Source: Octopus vulgaris (lineage: Eukaryota). Taken from it: 64,000 bases of DNA. A program made the translations under genes and the position numbers. Of the stretch, positions 43,690-57,151 are shown in pieces; the first letter of the stretch is position 1, and each line of letters starts with the position of its first letter. The DNA is taken from assembly GCA_951406725.2 (NCBI GenBank), contig OX597830.1, forward strand, positions 39,618,001 to 39,682,000, given 5' to 3'. The notes below the pieces were generated by a model. That model searched no databases. It saw only the letters and a program-made list of their open reading frames with translations, and had not been told where the DNA came from.

Positions 43690-43902
43690 GGGCGGGCAAG
43701 TTGGCAGAGTCGTTAGCGCGCTAGCCAAAATGCTCAGCAGTATTTCGTCTGCTGCTACGTTCTGAGTTCAAATTCCGCCGAGGTCGACTTTGCCTTTCAT
43801 CTTTTCAGGGTCGATGAAATAAGTACCAGTTACGTATTGGGTCGATATAATAGACTAAGCCCTAATATTCAAATTTCAGGCCTAGTACCTATAGTGGAAA
43901 GG

Positions 43903-43949
<47 letters not shown>

Positions 43950-44227
43950 GGTTGTGAACTGGAAGAATCGTCAGCACACCGGGCGAAATGCTCAGCGGTA
44001 TTTCGTCTGCCACCACGTTCTGAGTTCAAATTCCGCCGAGGTCGACTTTGCCTTTCATCCTTTCGGGGTCGATTAAATAAGTACCAGTCACACACTGGAG
44101 TCGATATAATGGACTTAATCTGTTTGTCTGTCCTTGTTTGTCCCCTCTGTGTTTAGCCTCTTGTGGGTAGTAAAGAAATAGGTATTTCGTCTACCGCTAC
44201 GTCTGTGCTCAAATTCGGCCGAGGCCG
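43689..44227 (+). mobile_element. Two SINE family B copies (monomer with (TTA)n tail; truncated dimer)
   Basis: Family B core at 43760-43830 and 44020-44090; second copy has ttgtgggtagtaaagaaata|ggtatttcgtc junction. Confidence 0.85.
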
Positions 44228-44825
44228 AATTGGCACAACGTGAATACAAAAGACGCCATGACTATATGGCAAGAATGATCCATTGGAAGCTCTATAGAAA
44301 TTACGGTCTACAAAGAGCAAAGACGTGGTATGAGCAAACCCCAGAAGGAGTCAGCGAAAATGAGAATTGTAAAATCCTGTGGGATGCAATGATCTAGCGC
44401 GATCACCTGACTAGACATCGGAAACCGCACAATGTTGTGGTGAATATTAAAGAAAGAACATGTATGATAATCGACATGGCATGCTCCAGTGACAAGAAGA
44501 TCAATGTGAAAGAAGAAGGAAAAATAACAACTATGACAATTTGAAGTGAGAAACACGAAATTTGTGGTCAATGAAGAGAGTAGACGTGGTGCCAATAGTA
44601 ATTGGTACACTTGGAAGTATCAACATTCAACTACCAACATGGCTGAAAAAGATTAGTGCAAGTGTGAAGGTAAAACACCAACAAAAATCTGCGTTGCTTT
44701 GAACGGCAAGAATTCTCAGCAGGGTTCTTGAAGCATGACCAGTAAAACAAATGTCACCTTTGTCTGCTGGCTGTGGACAGCTGACACTTTCCATCATATC
44801 TAGTAATAAAAGCTGTGAGTTTTAA
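44228..44825 (+). mobile_element. R4/Dong-like 3' fragment
   Basis: ELAQREYKRRHDYMARMIHWKL..WYEQTPEGVSENENCKILWD..HRKP..IIDMAC..VVPIVIGTLG..TARIL; ends in (TAA)n at ~44830-44920. Confidence 0.82.
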
Positions 44826-44865
44826 TACAATAATAACGATAATAATAATAATAATGATAATGATG

Positions 44866-44904
<39 letters not shown>

Positions 44905-45117
44905 GTAGTAATAATAATAATAAAACACACACATACACACATGAGAAAGCGAGAGAGTGGGGAGTATAGGCTGACTTTGAGCTTAGAGCTATTATTTTAC
45001 ATGCCTGAAATAGGGCATGTGAAGATGACTGAAGATTTGGCACATCAAAAAGTTTCTAACTATTATAACTATAACTCATTTCAAAAATTACAACATATGA
45101 TTACTTTAGAAGTCTAA

Positions 45118-45185
<68 letters not shown>

Positions 45186-46588
45186 GTATTTTTTAAGAAT
45201 GCTGTTTCTGTAGTATTTTAGTTGTTTTTAGCGAAATAAAATATAACTAGGTTAACTCGTATAATGGTTGTTAACTAACAGGTTATTTCGCCAAGTAAGA
45301 CATGTTAACAATCGTAATTGTAGAATTATTTTTCAACTAAACAAGAAGAGAAGGAAACAAGACATACGGAATTATAGGGGGTTAAAATGTGACGCAAATT
45401 ATATGTAACTTGCGAAAATGAAATATGAAGTGAAGGTCACATACGTTTCGTAGTTCCGCTGTAATTCTACTTATTGAGGAACGTTGGAAATGGTCGTGAC
45501 TTTAACAGAAAATAGCGGTGATAAAAAAGCTTCGGTTCAAGGTTAGTTTCTTCTGCGTTACACCGCTTTGAGTTCAAACCCCAGTGATACAGGTTTTGTA
45601 TTTCAATTTGTTAAAGACTGGTTTAATAGCAATTTGTGATACAACTTGTTTCCTTTTTTTTTTTTTCGTGAGACTGGGAGAAAAGTAAAATGCCAATATC
45701 CTCGGACAGGAACATATGCATGGCTATGTGATTAAGATGTTCGCTTTGTAAGCCTGTTGTTTCTCCTTGCTGCAACACCTCGGTACCCTAAACAATTGTT
45801 TTAGCATAGTTTCGTATTAACTAACGCCATTTGTGTGAAATTTGGTAGACGGAAACTGTTATGCGCATGCCGCTTAGATAGGCGATTCTTATTCGTTGTG
45901 TGATAGATTTAATTAATCCTTCGGTTTGACACTACAATCTAGCCCAGGGGTTCCTTCAGCAGAGTCCACTTTGTTGTAATCTTTTGGACTAGTCTTCAAT
46001 ATGAGAACTTCCTTCCTTGCATCAACCAATCTCCAAGGCCCTGAAAATTGTCGTGAGTGCTGCCTTGTTGCTTGTTATAATATTATTTGGCTCACTTCAG
46101 CATCCAACTTCTACACAGCTTACCTCAGTATATTTCATATATTTATTTTACCGATTCTGAAATCAAGACAAGCTAGACTGAGCGATGAAGTGAAGTTTGG
46201 AAACAAAATACACGAGGATAAAACAAGAGACAACGAAGCCTTTAGTCCAGCGTTCTTTTAATAAAATTCAATGTTTTACTGTATTGATTTTCTTTTAATT
46301 TATTGGTTTCAACTTTTGGCAGAAGGCAAGAAAATTCAGGGAGAGGGATTAAATCGATTATATCAACCCCAGTGTTCAACAGGTACTTATTTTATCGACT
46401 TTAAAAGGATGAAAAGCAAAGTGGACCTCGGTGGAATTTCAAGATGAAGACAGATGAAATACCGCTCAACATTTTGCCGGGCATGCTAACTATTCTGCCA
46501 TTTTGAAACCCTATGATTTTCTTATAATTTATTTCCGTAAGCTATGTATGTAAGAGGAATATGGAAATTGTGGCTTTAATGTTGCTGT

Positions 46589-46653
<65 letters not shown>

Positions 46654-46789
46654 ACGCACACACACAGAAATATATACATAATATCCCAGAAACAGTTATA
46701 AAACTGTTTCATTATAAATGTCAAGAAAACTCTTCACAGCCTTGGATTTATCTCATTCTATCTAATATATATATGTGCCTTCACAAAAC

Positions 46790-47097
46790 TGATTGCATCT
46801 GGAAAGTTACCCTCCGAGGCACAAAGCCGGGCAAGGTTGTTTTATGGAAGACCAGCGGTCGCCCATGTATATATCGGCCTTCCATCTCCACACCACCGAT
46901 GTTATCCAGGGGAAAGGCAAACGCCGTTACAGCTTGGTACCAGTGACATCGCAACACGTTTCTGCAGCTGAGTGAACTGGAACAACGTTAAATAAAATGT
47001 CTTGCTCAAGAACACAACACTGTCCGGTCCGGGAATCGAACTCACTACCACCATGATTGCAAGCCCGACGCTCTAACCACTGAACCACGCGCCTTCA
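46790..47097 (-). mobile_element. SINE family C (tRNA-derived head)
   Basis: Reverse complement of 49896-50239. Confidence 0.87.
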
Positions 47098-47098
47098 C

Positions 47099-47146
<48 letters not shown>

Positions 47147-47204
47147 TATGTATGTATGTATGTATGTATGTATGTATGTATGTATGTATATGTATGTACG
47201 TATG

Positions 47205-47253
<49 letters not shown>

Positions 47254-47277
47254 CCATACGTACATACATATATATAC

Positions 47278-47450
47278 ATAGTTGAAATTTACAGAAAAAC
47301 AAAAGACAAAGATAGGTGTATGAACAACAAGCAAGTGTATTAGTTTGATGCACAGGGAAAAATGAAAAAGTCTTTTACATTTCGAGCCTACGCTCTTCAA
47401 CAGAAAGGGGTAAGAGCAAATAAACACAGAGAATGAAAAAAAACTTGTGG
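47278..47450 (-). mobile_element. Solo Penelope-like pseudo-LTR with degenerate hammerhead motif
   Basis: Minus strand 47372-47407 CTTT-CTGTTGA-A-GAGC-GTAG-GCTC-GAAAT-GT-A-AAAG; embedded in (TA)n/(CA)n. Confidence 0.6.
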
Positions 47451-48040
47451 ATACACACACACACGCGCACGCACAAACACACACCAAATACGTAATGTGG
47501 TTTGTCGAAATGAGCTTTGGCTAATTTTCGAAATCCAAGCGGTACCTAACAGTGATTTACCAACGCAACCGAGAATGCTAGCGCCTAAGGGATTAATAAT
47601 GATTGTAATTTCTGTTTAAAATATTTAATCATTATATATCAATCTGTAGAAATTTGATGTTTATCATTAAGAAGTAAGCAAAAAATCCTTACATATAAAG
47701 CACACATATTCTGTGCATCTTCTTTCTTCTAATTTCATATTCAAACTCCAAATTCCGCCAAATATTGTGAGGAAATTTATTGTCTCCTTTGTACTAACTA
47801 CCTGCTACAGAATTTCACATGTTTTAGTCATATCAATTGATTTAAAACAAAAATACTAGGAAACTCTATATCTACGGACTGATATTATATTTGTCAATAA
47901 TATACCAATCCCTCACATCTATACTCTCTAAAAGACTAGTTGACAACTGGAAAAATAATAACATTATACAAGAATATAAACAATGTTGGAAAGGCTTTCA
48001 CAGGTATAGAAAACAACTTTATTACTATTATTATTATTAA

Positions 48041-48484
48041 TGTGTGAGAGAGCAGAGCTTGCCATCAAAGTGACCCTGGGGTAAAATATACGAAGCCCAG
48101 TATACCCATCATGACAACCCGTCTGATAAGGGTACACCAGGCACATGCATCACAACCATATGTATGCGACATGGTGATCTCATATCAAGATAAAGAGCGC
48201 ATGATCTTGCAGGTGTGGCCCAGTTAGAATTTCCTTCTGGTCGAGTAACCCATCCCATACAAAAGGTCCCCGAATAAGGGTTGTTTAAGGCTGTTGAACG
48301 AACCACCCATGTTTCCAAAGGTGAATTATCCAAACCTCCAAGAATTCCTTTCAGCACACGGCTATGATGCTCCCCCACTACTTCTGCCTATGATCAGAGA
48401 TGAACATATCGTCAGCCACTAAGGGACATGGTCAACTGGTTAAGGTCAAACAACTGACAAGCAAATCTGTAGTATTGAGCAGAA

Positions 48485-48487
<3 letters not shown>
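48041..48487 (-). mobile_element. ~550-bp (TAA)n element, copy 3 (5'-truncated)
   Basis: Matches 13073-13510; keeps the gtgagagagcag end, loses the other end; (TTA)n both sides. Confidence 0.87.
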
Positions 48488-48551
<64 letters not shown>

Positions 48552-48832
48552 TTATTTTCCTATAAAGCGAGTCGTTATTAAATCAAACTAAGAAAATACG
48601 CTTAAAAAAAAAAACATGGAATAGAATGATTATCGAAATTTTTTCCAAACATACCACAGTTCTGTATATTTGAGACGATATACAGTTTAAAACAGAAAGC
48701 CCCAATAATACTAAGACAATTTAGCAGCCATATTATGTTGACAAAATGCGGATGCTGTTTGTTCTTGATATATGATTGTCTTTCTTTAGGTTACGTACTT
48801 CATCGCTTAATGTAATTATTGTATTGATCTTT

Positions 48833-49230
48833 TTATTCTTTTAAGCTTTTACTTGATTCAGTCATTTGACTGCGGCCATGCCGGGGCACCGCCTTTAGTC
48901 GAACAAATTGACGCCAGGACTTATTCTTTGTAAGCCTAGTACTTATTCTATCGGTCTGGTCTCTTTTGCCGAACTGCTATGTTATGGGGACGTAAACACA
49001 CCAGCATCGGTTGTCAAGCGATGTTGGGGGAATAAACACAGACACACAAACTAATACACACGAATACGACGGGCTTCTTTCAGTTTCCGTCTACGAAATT
49101 CATTCACAAGGTTTTCATCGGCCCGAGGTTATAGTAGAAGACACTTGCCCAAGGTGTCACACTGTGGGACTGAACTCGGAACCACGTGGTTGGTAAGCAA
49201 GCTACTTACCACACATCCACTCCTTCGCCT
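48833..49230 (-). mobile_element. SINE family A
   Basis: Full reverse-complement copy with a very short microsatellite slot. Confidence 0.87.
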
Positions 49231-49895
49231 CTGTTCAAATCATTATAATAATTCGTGGATTAATGAAGAGTTTCTTTCATGATCACTTTTTTATTGTCTA
49301 AAGTTGACTTTATCCATATATTAATTAATTAATTAATTTATTTATTTATTTTACGTAACAATTTGTGAAGGACAGTGTTGTTAATTAGAGGTTCCCAACC
49401 GGCAGATCATCAGTTCATTGCATTTCCGATTGTAACTCGGTGGATCATTATCTAAGAGCTCCAGTTTTTTCAGTAATCTTTGCATTTTTTTTTCCCGATG
49501 CGCGGTAAAAAATTTTAGGCACACATATAGTTTCACGACGGATTTCGACGTTGTTTCCGTTTATCAAATTCCACCCATAAGGTTTTAGTCGACCAAATGT
49601 TATGTAAAAAGACACATTTTTAAAGATGAAGGACAGCTGGATTGAACTCAGAACGGCATGATTACGAAGTGGACTTCTTAAGTCACATGGCCAAACAGAT
49701 AAAAGTATTATGATATTATATATATACAGGGTTTTAAAAAGAGACCTTGGTCGAAGGTGTGAGAAGACAGTGTAAAATTTTGAAGTATCCTTGTCCTCCT
49801 GAATATCTTCTGTGGCTGTAAATTTCAGTCCATTTTTATTTTCATCTTCTATTATATTTTGACCTTCCTGTTATTTTATAATATACATACATTCC

Positions 49896-50239
49896 TGTGA
49901 AGGCGCATGGCTCAGTGGTTAGAGCGTCGTTCTTACGATCGTGAGGTTGTGAGCTCGAATCCCGGACCGGGCTGCGGGTTGTGTTCTTGAGCAAGGCACT
50001 TTATTTCACGTTGCTCCAGTTCACTCAGCTGTAGAAATGAGTTGCGACGTCACTGGTGCCAAGCTGCATCGACCTTTGTCTTTCCCTTGGATAACACTGG
50101 TGGCGTGGAAAGGGGAGGCTGGTATGCATGGGCGACTGCTGGTCTTCCATAAACAACCTTGCCCGGACTTGCGTCTAGGAGGGTAACTTTCTAGGTGCAA
50201 TCCCATGGTCATTCATGACCGAAGGGGGTCTTTACCCTT
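49896..50239 (+). mobile_element. SINE family C, full length with TSD
   Basis: A box ggctcagtggttagagc, B-box-like gagctcgaatccc, core ttgagcaaggcactttatttcac; flanked by tacatacattcc direct repeats. Confidence 0.9.
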
Positions 50240-50253
50240 TACATACATTCCAA

Positions 50254-50641
50254 GGCGGTGAGCTGGCAGAAACGTTAGCACGCCGGGCGAAATGCGTAGC
50301 AGTATTTCGTCGGCCGTTACGTTCCGAGTTCCCATTCCGCCGAGGTCGACTTTGCCTTTCATCCTTTCGGGGTCGATTAAATAAGTACCAGTTACGCACT
50401 GGGGTCGATATAATCGACTTAATCCGTTTGTCTGTCCTTTTTTTCCCCCTCTGTGTTTAGTACCTTGTGGGTAGTAAAGAAATACGTATTTTGTTTGAGT
50501 TCAAATTCCGATGAGATCGACTTTGCCTTTTATCCTTTCGGGGTCGATAAATTAAGTACCAGTTACGTACTGGGGTCGATCCAATCGACTGACCTCCTCC
50601 CGCAAAATTTTGAACCTTGTGCCTAGAGTAGAAAAAGAATA
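50254..50641 (+). mobile_element. SINE family B dimer with TSD
   Basis: Two core copies; flanked by tacatacattccaa at 50240-50253 and 50642-50655. Confidence 0.88.
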
Positions 50642-52054
50642 TACATACATTCCAACATGTTCATTTGTAATCATTTTATATCACAACGTTATGTATTGTA
50701 TGTGGTATGCCCTTGTGGCCAATAAAGAAACTATAAAGCAACAAGCTGGTAGAAAATTTACTATAAGGCGACAAGCTGGTAGAGAATAAAGAAAGTAGTA
50801 TAATAGAATCGGACGAAATGCTTAGCGGCACTTCGTCCGTCTTTACGTTCTGAGTTCATATTCCGCCGAAGTTGGCTTTGCCTCCCACCTTTTCACGGTC
50901 AATAAAATAAGTACCAGTTGAACACTGGGGACCAACGCAATCGGCTCTCCTCCTGTCTACCTCAAAACTGCTGACCTTGTGCCGAAATTAGAATTATTAT
51001 CATCATTACTAGCATTTTCGCTTTCTTATGTTTTTTGATACGTCGCAATATTTCGTCTCGATAAAAATACGAAGAATCAAAATAAAAAACCGAAACAATT
51101 TGTAGGTTTTTTTTTAATCGGTAAAGGAAAATAACAGAAATTTATTTCAAATTAACTTGCCAAAAATGAAAAGAAAATACAAAGATTTAATTGAGAACAC
51201 CGACGTGAGTTAAAGGAAGAGGAGAGATGGGAGGTGAGAAGTTGAGACAACGAAACCAAACAGAAAGAAAGAAAAGAAAGAAAGAAAGGAAAAAAGAAAG
51301 GAAGAAAGAAAGAGAGAAAATAAAGAAAGTAGCACAGTGTAAGCGAAAATAAACGTGCGGGAAAACAAAACAAAATTGCTCTTAAATGCAAGTGAATAGC
51401 AAAAGAGGTCAAAGCGCTAAAGAAAGAGGTCGTTGACATGGCGTAATCGTATCGTTACAATCAGCTCATTGCTAAGAAGCAGTGGCTGTGTTTACATTTG
51501 CTGTTGCAAGATAACAAGATAACAACAGGTGAATGACGACGAGTGTGAATTAAAGCGGCCAGGTTTCGAATTCAGATTATTAAAACAAATTCATTTTTTT
51601 TTGTTCTATAATCTTCCATGTGAGTTCATAGCAATAATTCCACTATCGATTTCCAATTAAATCGAATTCGCTTCAGCTTTTGCTGCTACTTTTAATTGCT
51701 AATGTTTTCCTCCACTCTCCTATAACGAAATTCATGGTGCAATATTAGTTGTGTAGTTAAGAACTTCACTTCGTAGCTGCGTCGCTTCAGGTTCAATCCC
51801 ATTGCGTGCCAACTTCGGCAAATGTCTTCTCCCATATTCGCATGTCGATCAAACTTCGTTGAGTAAATCCTAATAACCAGGACTGGACTAGGGGGACACT
51901 TTCCAGATTTTGCTTAATTTTTGAAGCTTTTATTATGGCTTAGAACGTCCCTCGGTTTAACATCAACACAAGGATTTGGTGGGGAGTAATCCAATCCACT
52001 TTGTTTAAAGCATTCCAGATCAGTCTCCTATCAAAGGATAAATTTCTTCCTTTC

Positions 52055-52498
52055 GGATCTTTTCAGTTTGACCGGCAGTTTTTTAAAAATAATTTCCAAG
52101 TGACTAAACACTTTTAAACTTCGTATACTGGTAGAATGTATTTATAAAACATCTTTTTCTCTTGGCTTTATTGAGAAAATTCTATAGTTTGTAAGATATT
52201 TGTTTTTTGTTGTTTTTTTTCAATTTCTGCAATTTCAACCAATGAATGACGTCTATTGAGGTGAAAACATTCTGTGCCGTATGAATATGTCCCTCGTTTA
52301 AGAAACAGATTGGGTTTATTTACATTTCTGAAGAAATAAAGATACCCTTCACCCCACCCATAACCCTAACTAACCCTAATCCTAACCCTAACCCTAAAAC
52401 AGATTGAAATGCAATAGATCGATACTAGTGTCATAATTATGGGTGACAATTTCATATGACACCGCTAGAAAAAACTGCCGGTCAAACCGAAAAGATCC
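52055..52498. mobile_element. MITE with 30-bp TIRs and 8-bp TSD, containing a short telomeric tract
   Basis: ggatcttttcagtttgaccggcagtttttt / aaaaaactgccggtcaaaccgaaaagatcc (1 mismatch); TSD ttcctttc at 52047-52054 and 52499-52506; ccctaa-like tract 52357-52397. Confidence 0.9.
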
Positions 52499-52886
52499 TT
52501 CCTTTCTCCTACAAGAGTTGGAGACCCTGAAATGGCCATAAAAGCTGCATTTCCTCATTTTGCCTAATCTATTAAAAACTATATGAAGATATAAATATAA
52601 TAGGCGAGCATCCCATATCACATTATAATAAACTCCCGGAAATAACATTTTTACGAACAGATTTCGAAACACAGTTAACGACAATGCCTTACTTATTCCA
52701 GCAATCACCAGAGGAGAGAAATGCATAATCGCCACAAGGTCACATTCACATGTTCCCCTTAAAATGGGAAAAACCATAACTGTGAAAGTTTCCAATTCTC
52801 ATGTTTTCAAAATTTAATGTATTTATACCGTGTTATAAACTAATGAACGCATTCTTAATTTGACTAACGTATGGCGGTGTGGGTGT

Positions 52887-53187
52887 GGAGGCACATGGCC
52901 TAGTGGTTAGAGCAGCGGATTCACGGTCGAGGGATCGCGGGTTCGAATCTCAGACCGGGCGATGTGTTTGTTTATAAGCAAAACACCTAAGCTCCACGCG
53001 GCTCCGGCAGAAGGTAATGGCGAACTTCTGCTGACTCTTTCGCCACAACTTTCTCTCACTTTTTCCTCCTGCATCATGCAGCTCACTTGAGACGGGCCGG
53101 CGTTCCGTCCAAGTGGGGAACCTATACGCCAAGGAAAACGGGAAACCGGCCCTATGAATCAGGCGTGGTTCGAGAAAGAACAAACAA
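52887..53187 (+). mobile_element. SINE family D (tRNA-derived head)
   Basis: ggcctagtggttagagc A box, gggttcgaatctc B box, non-tRNA body, short acaa tail. Confidence 0.78.
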
Positions 53188-53332
53188 TGGCGGTGTGGTT
53201 AAAAAGCTTGCTTTCCAACCACATGATTGCGGATGCAGTCCCATTGAACGGTAGCTAGTCAACCCTTGCGCCGACCAATGCCTAGTGAGTGAATATAGAA
53301 GATGGAATCTATGTTGAAGCCCATCATATATA

Positions 53333-53407
<75 letters not shown>

Positions 53408-53790
53408 GTATATATGTATATATAACGTTAACGTCATAAGAATTTATAAGCTTCCGAGAGAAAGTGACAAAATCCATTTGGGGATAGTGTATCTCGAAGC
53501 ACTCACAAACCTATATATGGTAGCATGTAAATATTGAGTTGAAAGACCCAATATTTACATTGGGTTAAAAAAAGTCGGGCTGCCTCTGTGTGTGTGTGTG
53601 TGCGTGTGTGTTTCTGTGTATTTGTGTCCCCCCCCCGCTTATTAAACAGTGTTGATTTATTCAACAAAAGAGAAAGATATAAGTACAAGACTTTTAAACA
53701 CTACTACCGGCGTAAATTTGTTCAGCTACACCATTCAAGGTAGTGCCCCAGTATGGACGCAGTCCAGTGACTGAGACAAGTAAAAAGGCA
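53188..53790 (+). mobile_element. Degenerate SINE family A with expanded internal slot
   Basis: Head 53188-53325, (TA)n plus unique insert, tail 53586-53790. Confidence 0.6.
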
Positions 53791-55539
53791 ACAAAGAAAA
53801 ATTCAAAAGGTGAAATGTATGGGATGATTAATTGATAAGATTTATGGGGTGGGTTGGGGTTACATGTGCCAGAGGCTTAGTGAATAACAATGCTATTAGA
53901 CATGTTTAGGGATAAAAATTTGTCATTCGAACCTAGTCTAGTATTGTGTATACACCCAACAATAAGATATTACTCGATAACGATCGAAGATCAAACCGAG
54001 CAAAATGTAATGTATATATACACCAGAGATACAACTCTTTTGCAACTCCATAGTCCTGTATCAGATTCTGATGAGCTTTTGCTAGAAAGCAATGAAAATC
54101 AATGTTTTTTTTAGTATTTGATCGAAAAGTTCACCCATGACTAACATTGAAATTTTTAACACTCGGTTACATTTGGGTGGATTTCTCAAAACTAGAACCC
54201 TGGATGAATAATAAACGAAAATGGGAAAAGATCCAAAACGTTTTATCCATGAATGTTAAAAGAACTGTATTCTGCGTTCAATAACAATAAAAAGAAGGTA
54301 AGTCCTATAAAGTCAAATTAGTCAACAGACAAGTTGCGGCAAGTCATTAGAGAGAACGAAACGCAATAGCAAGTTGGCTTTGTTCTTGCATGTGGCGTAT
54401 AGTTCTTGCATGACCTTAATTGCTCGCTCACAGCATTGATTGTTTCCGATTATGTTTAGTTTTGATGGCTCTTAATTCCAGTGATTTGTCAAGCATTTCA
54501 AAACAGTCTTGTAGGGTAGTAATGCTTGCGGTAGCTCAGCATAATCTTCGGCTTTATGCATTTGGTCAGTGAACCAGTGGTCCATCCAGTCATATGAAAT
54601 GAGCTGGCAGACCAAATGCAATCTTTCTTACAGATGACGTGAGGGAAAATGCAAGAAGGGCTAAGATTGCTTCGAATCCCATCTGGCATTATTGATGTTC
54701 GGAATTTTCTGAAATTTGATGAAAGGTACAGTGGCACCGTTTAATTTAAGAATGCTAGTATACTTTTGATAAAATGGTACTTTTTATATATATAGGTTGT
54801 AAATTGTGAATTAAGATTTATGTCAAAATAAAGAAACTTTCACGAGCTTTAATATGGTGTACAACTTTACAGCGTAATATCAATACGTTAATTTTAAATT
54901 AAAGATAAATTTAATTATCGTAATTTATAGCACCATTTAATTTAAGAAAGATTTGTAAAATTTCATTTTTCTGCTTTAAAAAATTTATTCTAAGATCAAA
55001 AAAATATAATACTAATAAACTCACACAATTAGTATCCAAAATTACTTAATACAGCTTTGCATCTGCGAAACATAGAATTGTTCAGATCATTCATCACTGT
55101 TCCTGAGATTTTCTCCTAGCTTTGGCTAATAACGTTTAAAATTTACCCTTATTCTTTGGCTTACTACTTTGTACAGCCCTACCCAACCTTTCCCAAAGAT
55201 TCTCGATAGGATTTAGGTCAGGCTACTGCGCCGGCCACTGCATCAACCGAACTCTCTTAGACCTAATGTAATCTCTGACTAGGTGCGAGGTGTGTTTCTT
55301 GTCGTTGTCATGCTGGAAAGTCCAAGACCGGCCCAAATGTTTTCGGGCGTATGAAAGCATAGTCTTATCCAATATTTCTAGATAGGACTTACTATGCATA
55401 ATGCCCTTGAATCGGATTATAGGACCGACGCCATTACCAGACATTCAACCCCACACCATCACACTTCCACCACTGTGCTTAATTTTAGGTCGGATGCATT
55501 CTGGATGATATTCTTCGCCTATATGCCTGCTTACATATA

Positions 55540-57151
55540 CAGTGGCGGCCAAAATGTTCAGAACGGTATTGTTTTCGTCAGAAAAGTAGATATAATTTAT
55601 TATCAAAGTTGTTTTATATTCTATAATTTTTACAGACAATGAATACAATATTATTTGTTATTGCCTGAGAGTTTGGTGTAATTTGAGGCGATAATACAAA
55701 AGTTATGGATGATTTAGGGATTTACTGCAAAACCCATGGCGATCAAAATGATCAGAACGGTTGCTTTTACTCCGTGTTTTAGTATATTTAACCGGCGAAC
55801 TCTAATCTTTTGAATTTGTTTACGTGACGGTTCGTTTACTAAACATTAGTAAGAATATTTGCAGTGTACGTTGTTAATATAATGCCACTTACTCCGTTAC
55901 CAATTCGTCAGCAGATTATTAAGCTTCGAAGGAAGGATAATTTAAGTATTGGATCTATTGCAAAGATTGTTAACAAGTCAAAAAGTGTTGTATACGGTAT
56001 TCTTAAGGTCTACGATGATTGTGGCTCGTGTGAAACAAGAGAGTTTACAGGTAGGCCAAGAAAAACGACCAAGAGAGAAGATCGTGCTATGGTAAAGTTG
56101 GTTAAAAAGGACAGATTTAAAACTGCTGTGCTGTTTCTCGGAAAATGAGCATTGTATTGAAGAAAACTTTATCTCGTCGTTTAGTTGAACATGACCTACA
56201 AGCAAGAGCACCTGCAGTGAAGCCACTTATCAGCTCCAAGAATAAAAGTGTCGTCTTACCTTTGCAACCGAACATGTGTTGTGGTCTCAAGAAAAATGGC
56301 AAACGGTGCATTTCAGTGATGAATCTAAGTTTATGTTATTTGGCTCAGATGGGAAAAGGTAAGTTCGTAGAAAAGTAGGTGAAAAATTCTCGCCTAAATG
56401 CCTTAAGACTAGTGTTAAATTCGGTGGAGGAAGTGTCATGGTTTGGGGGATGATATCTTGAGATGGTGTGGGTCCTTTGATGCGATTACATGTAAAGGTA
56501 AATGCAGGAGTTTATAAACAACTTGTAAAAGATCATGTCTTGCCTGTGCTGAGAAATTCAACTAAGCGACCACCCATATTCATGCAGGACAATGCCCCAT
56601 GTCACAAGGCTAAGGTGGTCATGAACTTCCTCAAGGCTGAAAAGGTTATTGTTATGGATTGGCCTGCTCAAAGCCCAGATCTCAATCCTATTGAAAATGT
56701 GTGGAATATTCTAGGAGAACGTTCGAAAGCCAGAAATCCTAAAACAACTGAGCAATTATGGAATGCCCTTCAGGAAGAATGGAATAAGATCACCCAGCAA
56801 GAAATTGAAAATTTAATTTCCTCATGCAGTCGAAGATGTCAGAGTGTGGTCGAAGCTAAAGGGCTTCACACTAAATATTAAATAATTCCAGTATTCTCTG
56901 TCATTTTTGATTATTTTGTTATTTTTTCAACTGTTCTGATCATTTTGGCCGCCATGGGTTTTGCAGTAAATCACTAAATCATCCATAACTTTTGTATTAT
57001 CCTCTCAAATTACACCAAAATCTCAGGCAGTAACAAATAATCTCGTATTTATTGTTTGTGAAAATTATAGAATATAAAACTACTTTGATAAAAACTTATA
57101 CTTACTTTTCTGACGAAAACAATGCCGTTCTGAACATTTTGGCCGCAACTG
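55540..57151 (+). mobile_element. Inner Tc1-like IR/DR transposon, ~1.6 kb
   Basis: TA flanks; ~225-bp inverted repeats, each with outer (cagtggcggccaaaatgttcagaacgg) and inner (catggcgatcaaaatgatcagaacgg) direct repeats. Confidence 0.95.
55882..56881 (+). pseudogene. Tc1 DD34E transposase, frameshifted, with stop codons
   Basis: HTH N-terminus, GRPRKTT, FSDESKF, GGGSVMVWG, QDNAPCH-34 aa-WPAQSPDLNPIENVW, GLHTKY*. Confidence 0.93.

Noticed and set aside
49899-49975. tRNA-like sequences (also ~52890, ~47025, ~31880)
   Set aside because: They are SINE heads continuing into repeated bodies; no complete acceptor stem or Pol III terminator, so not called tRNA genes.
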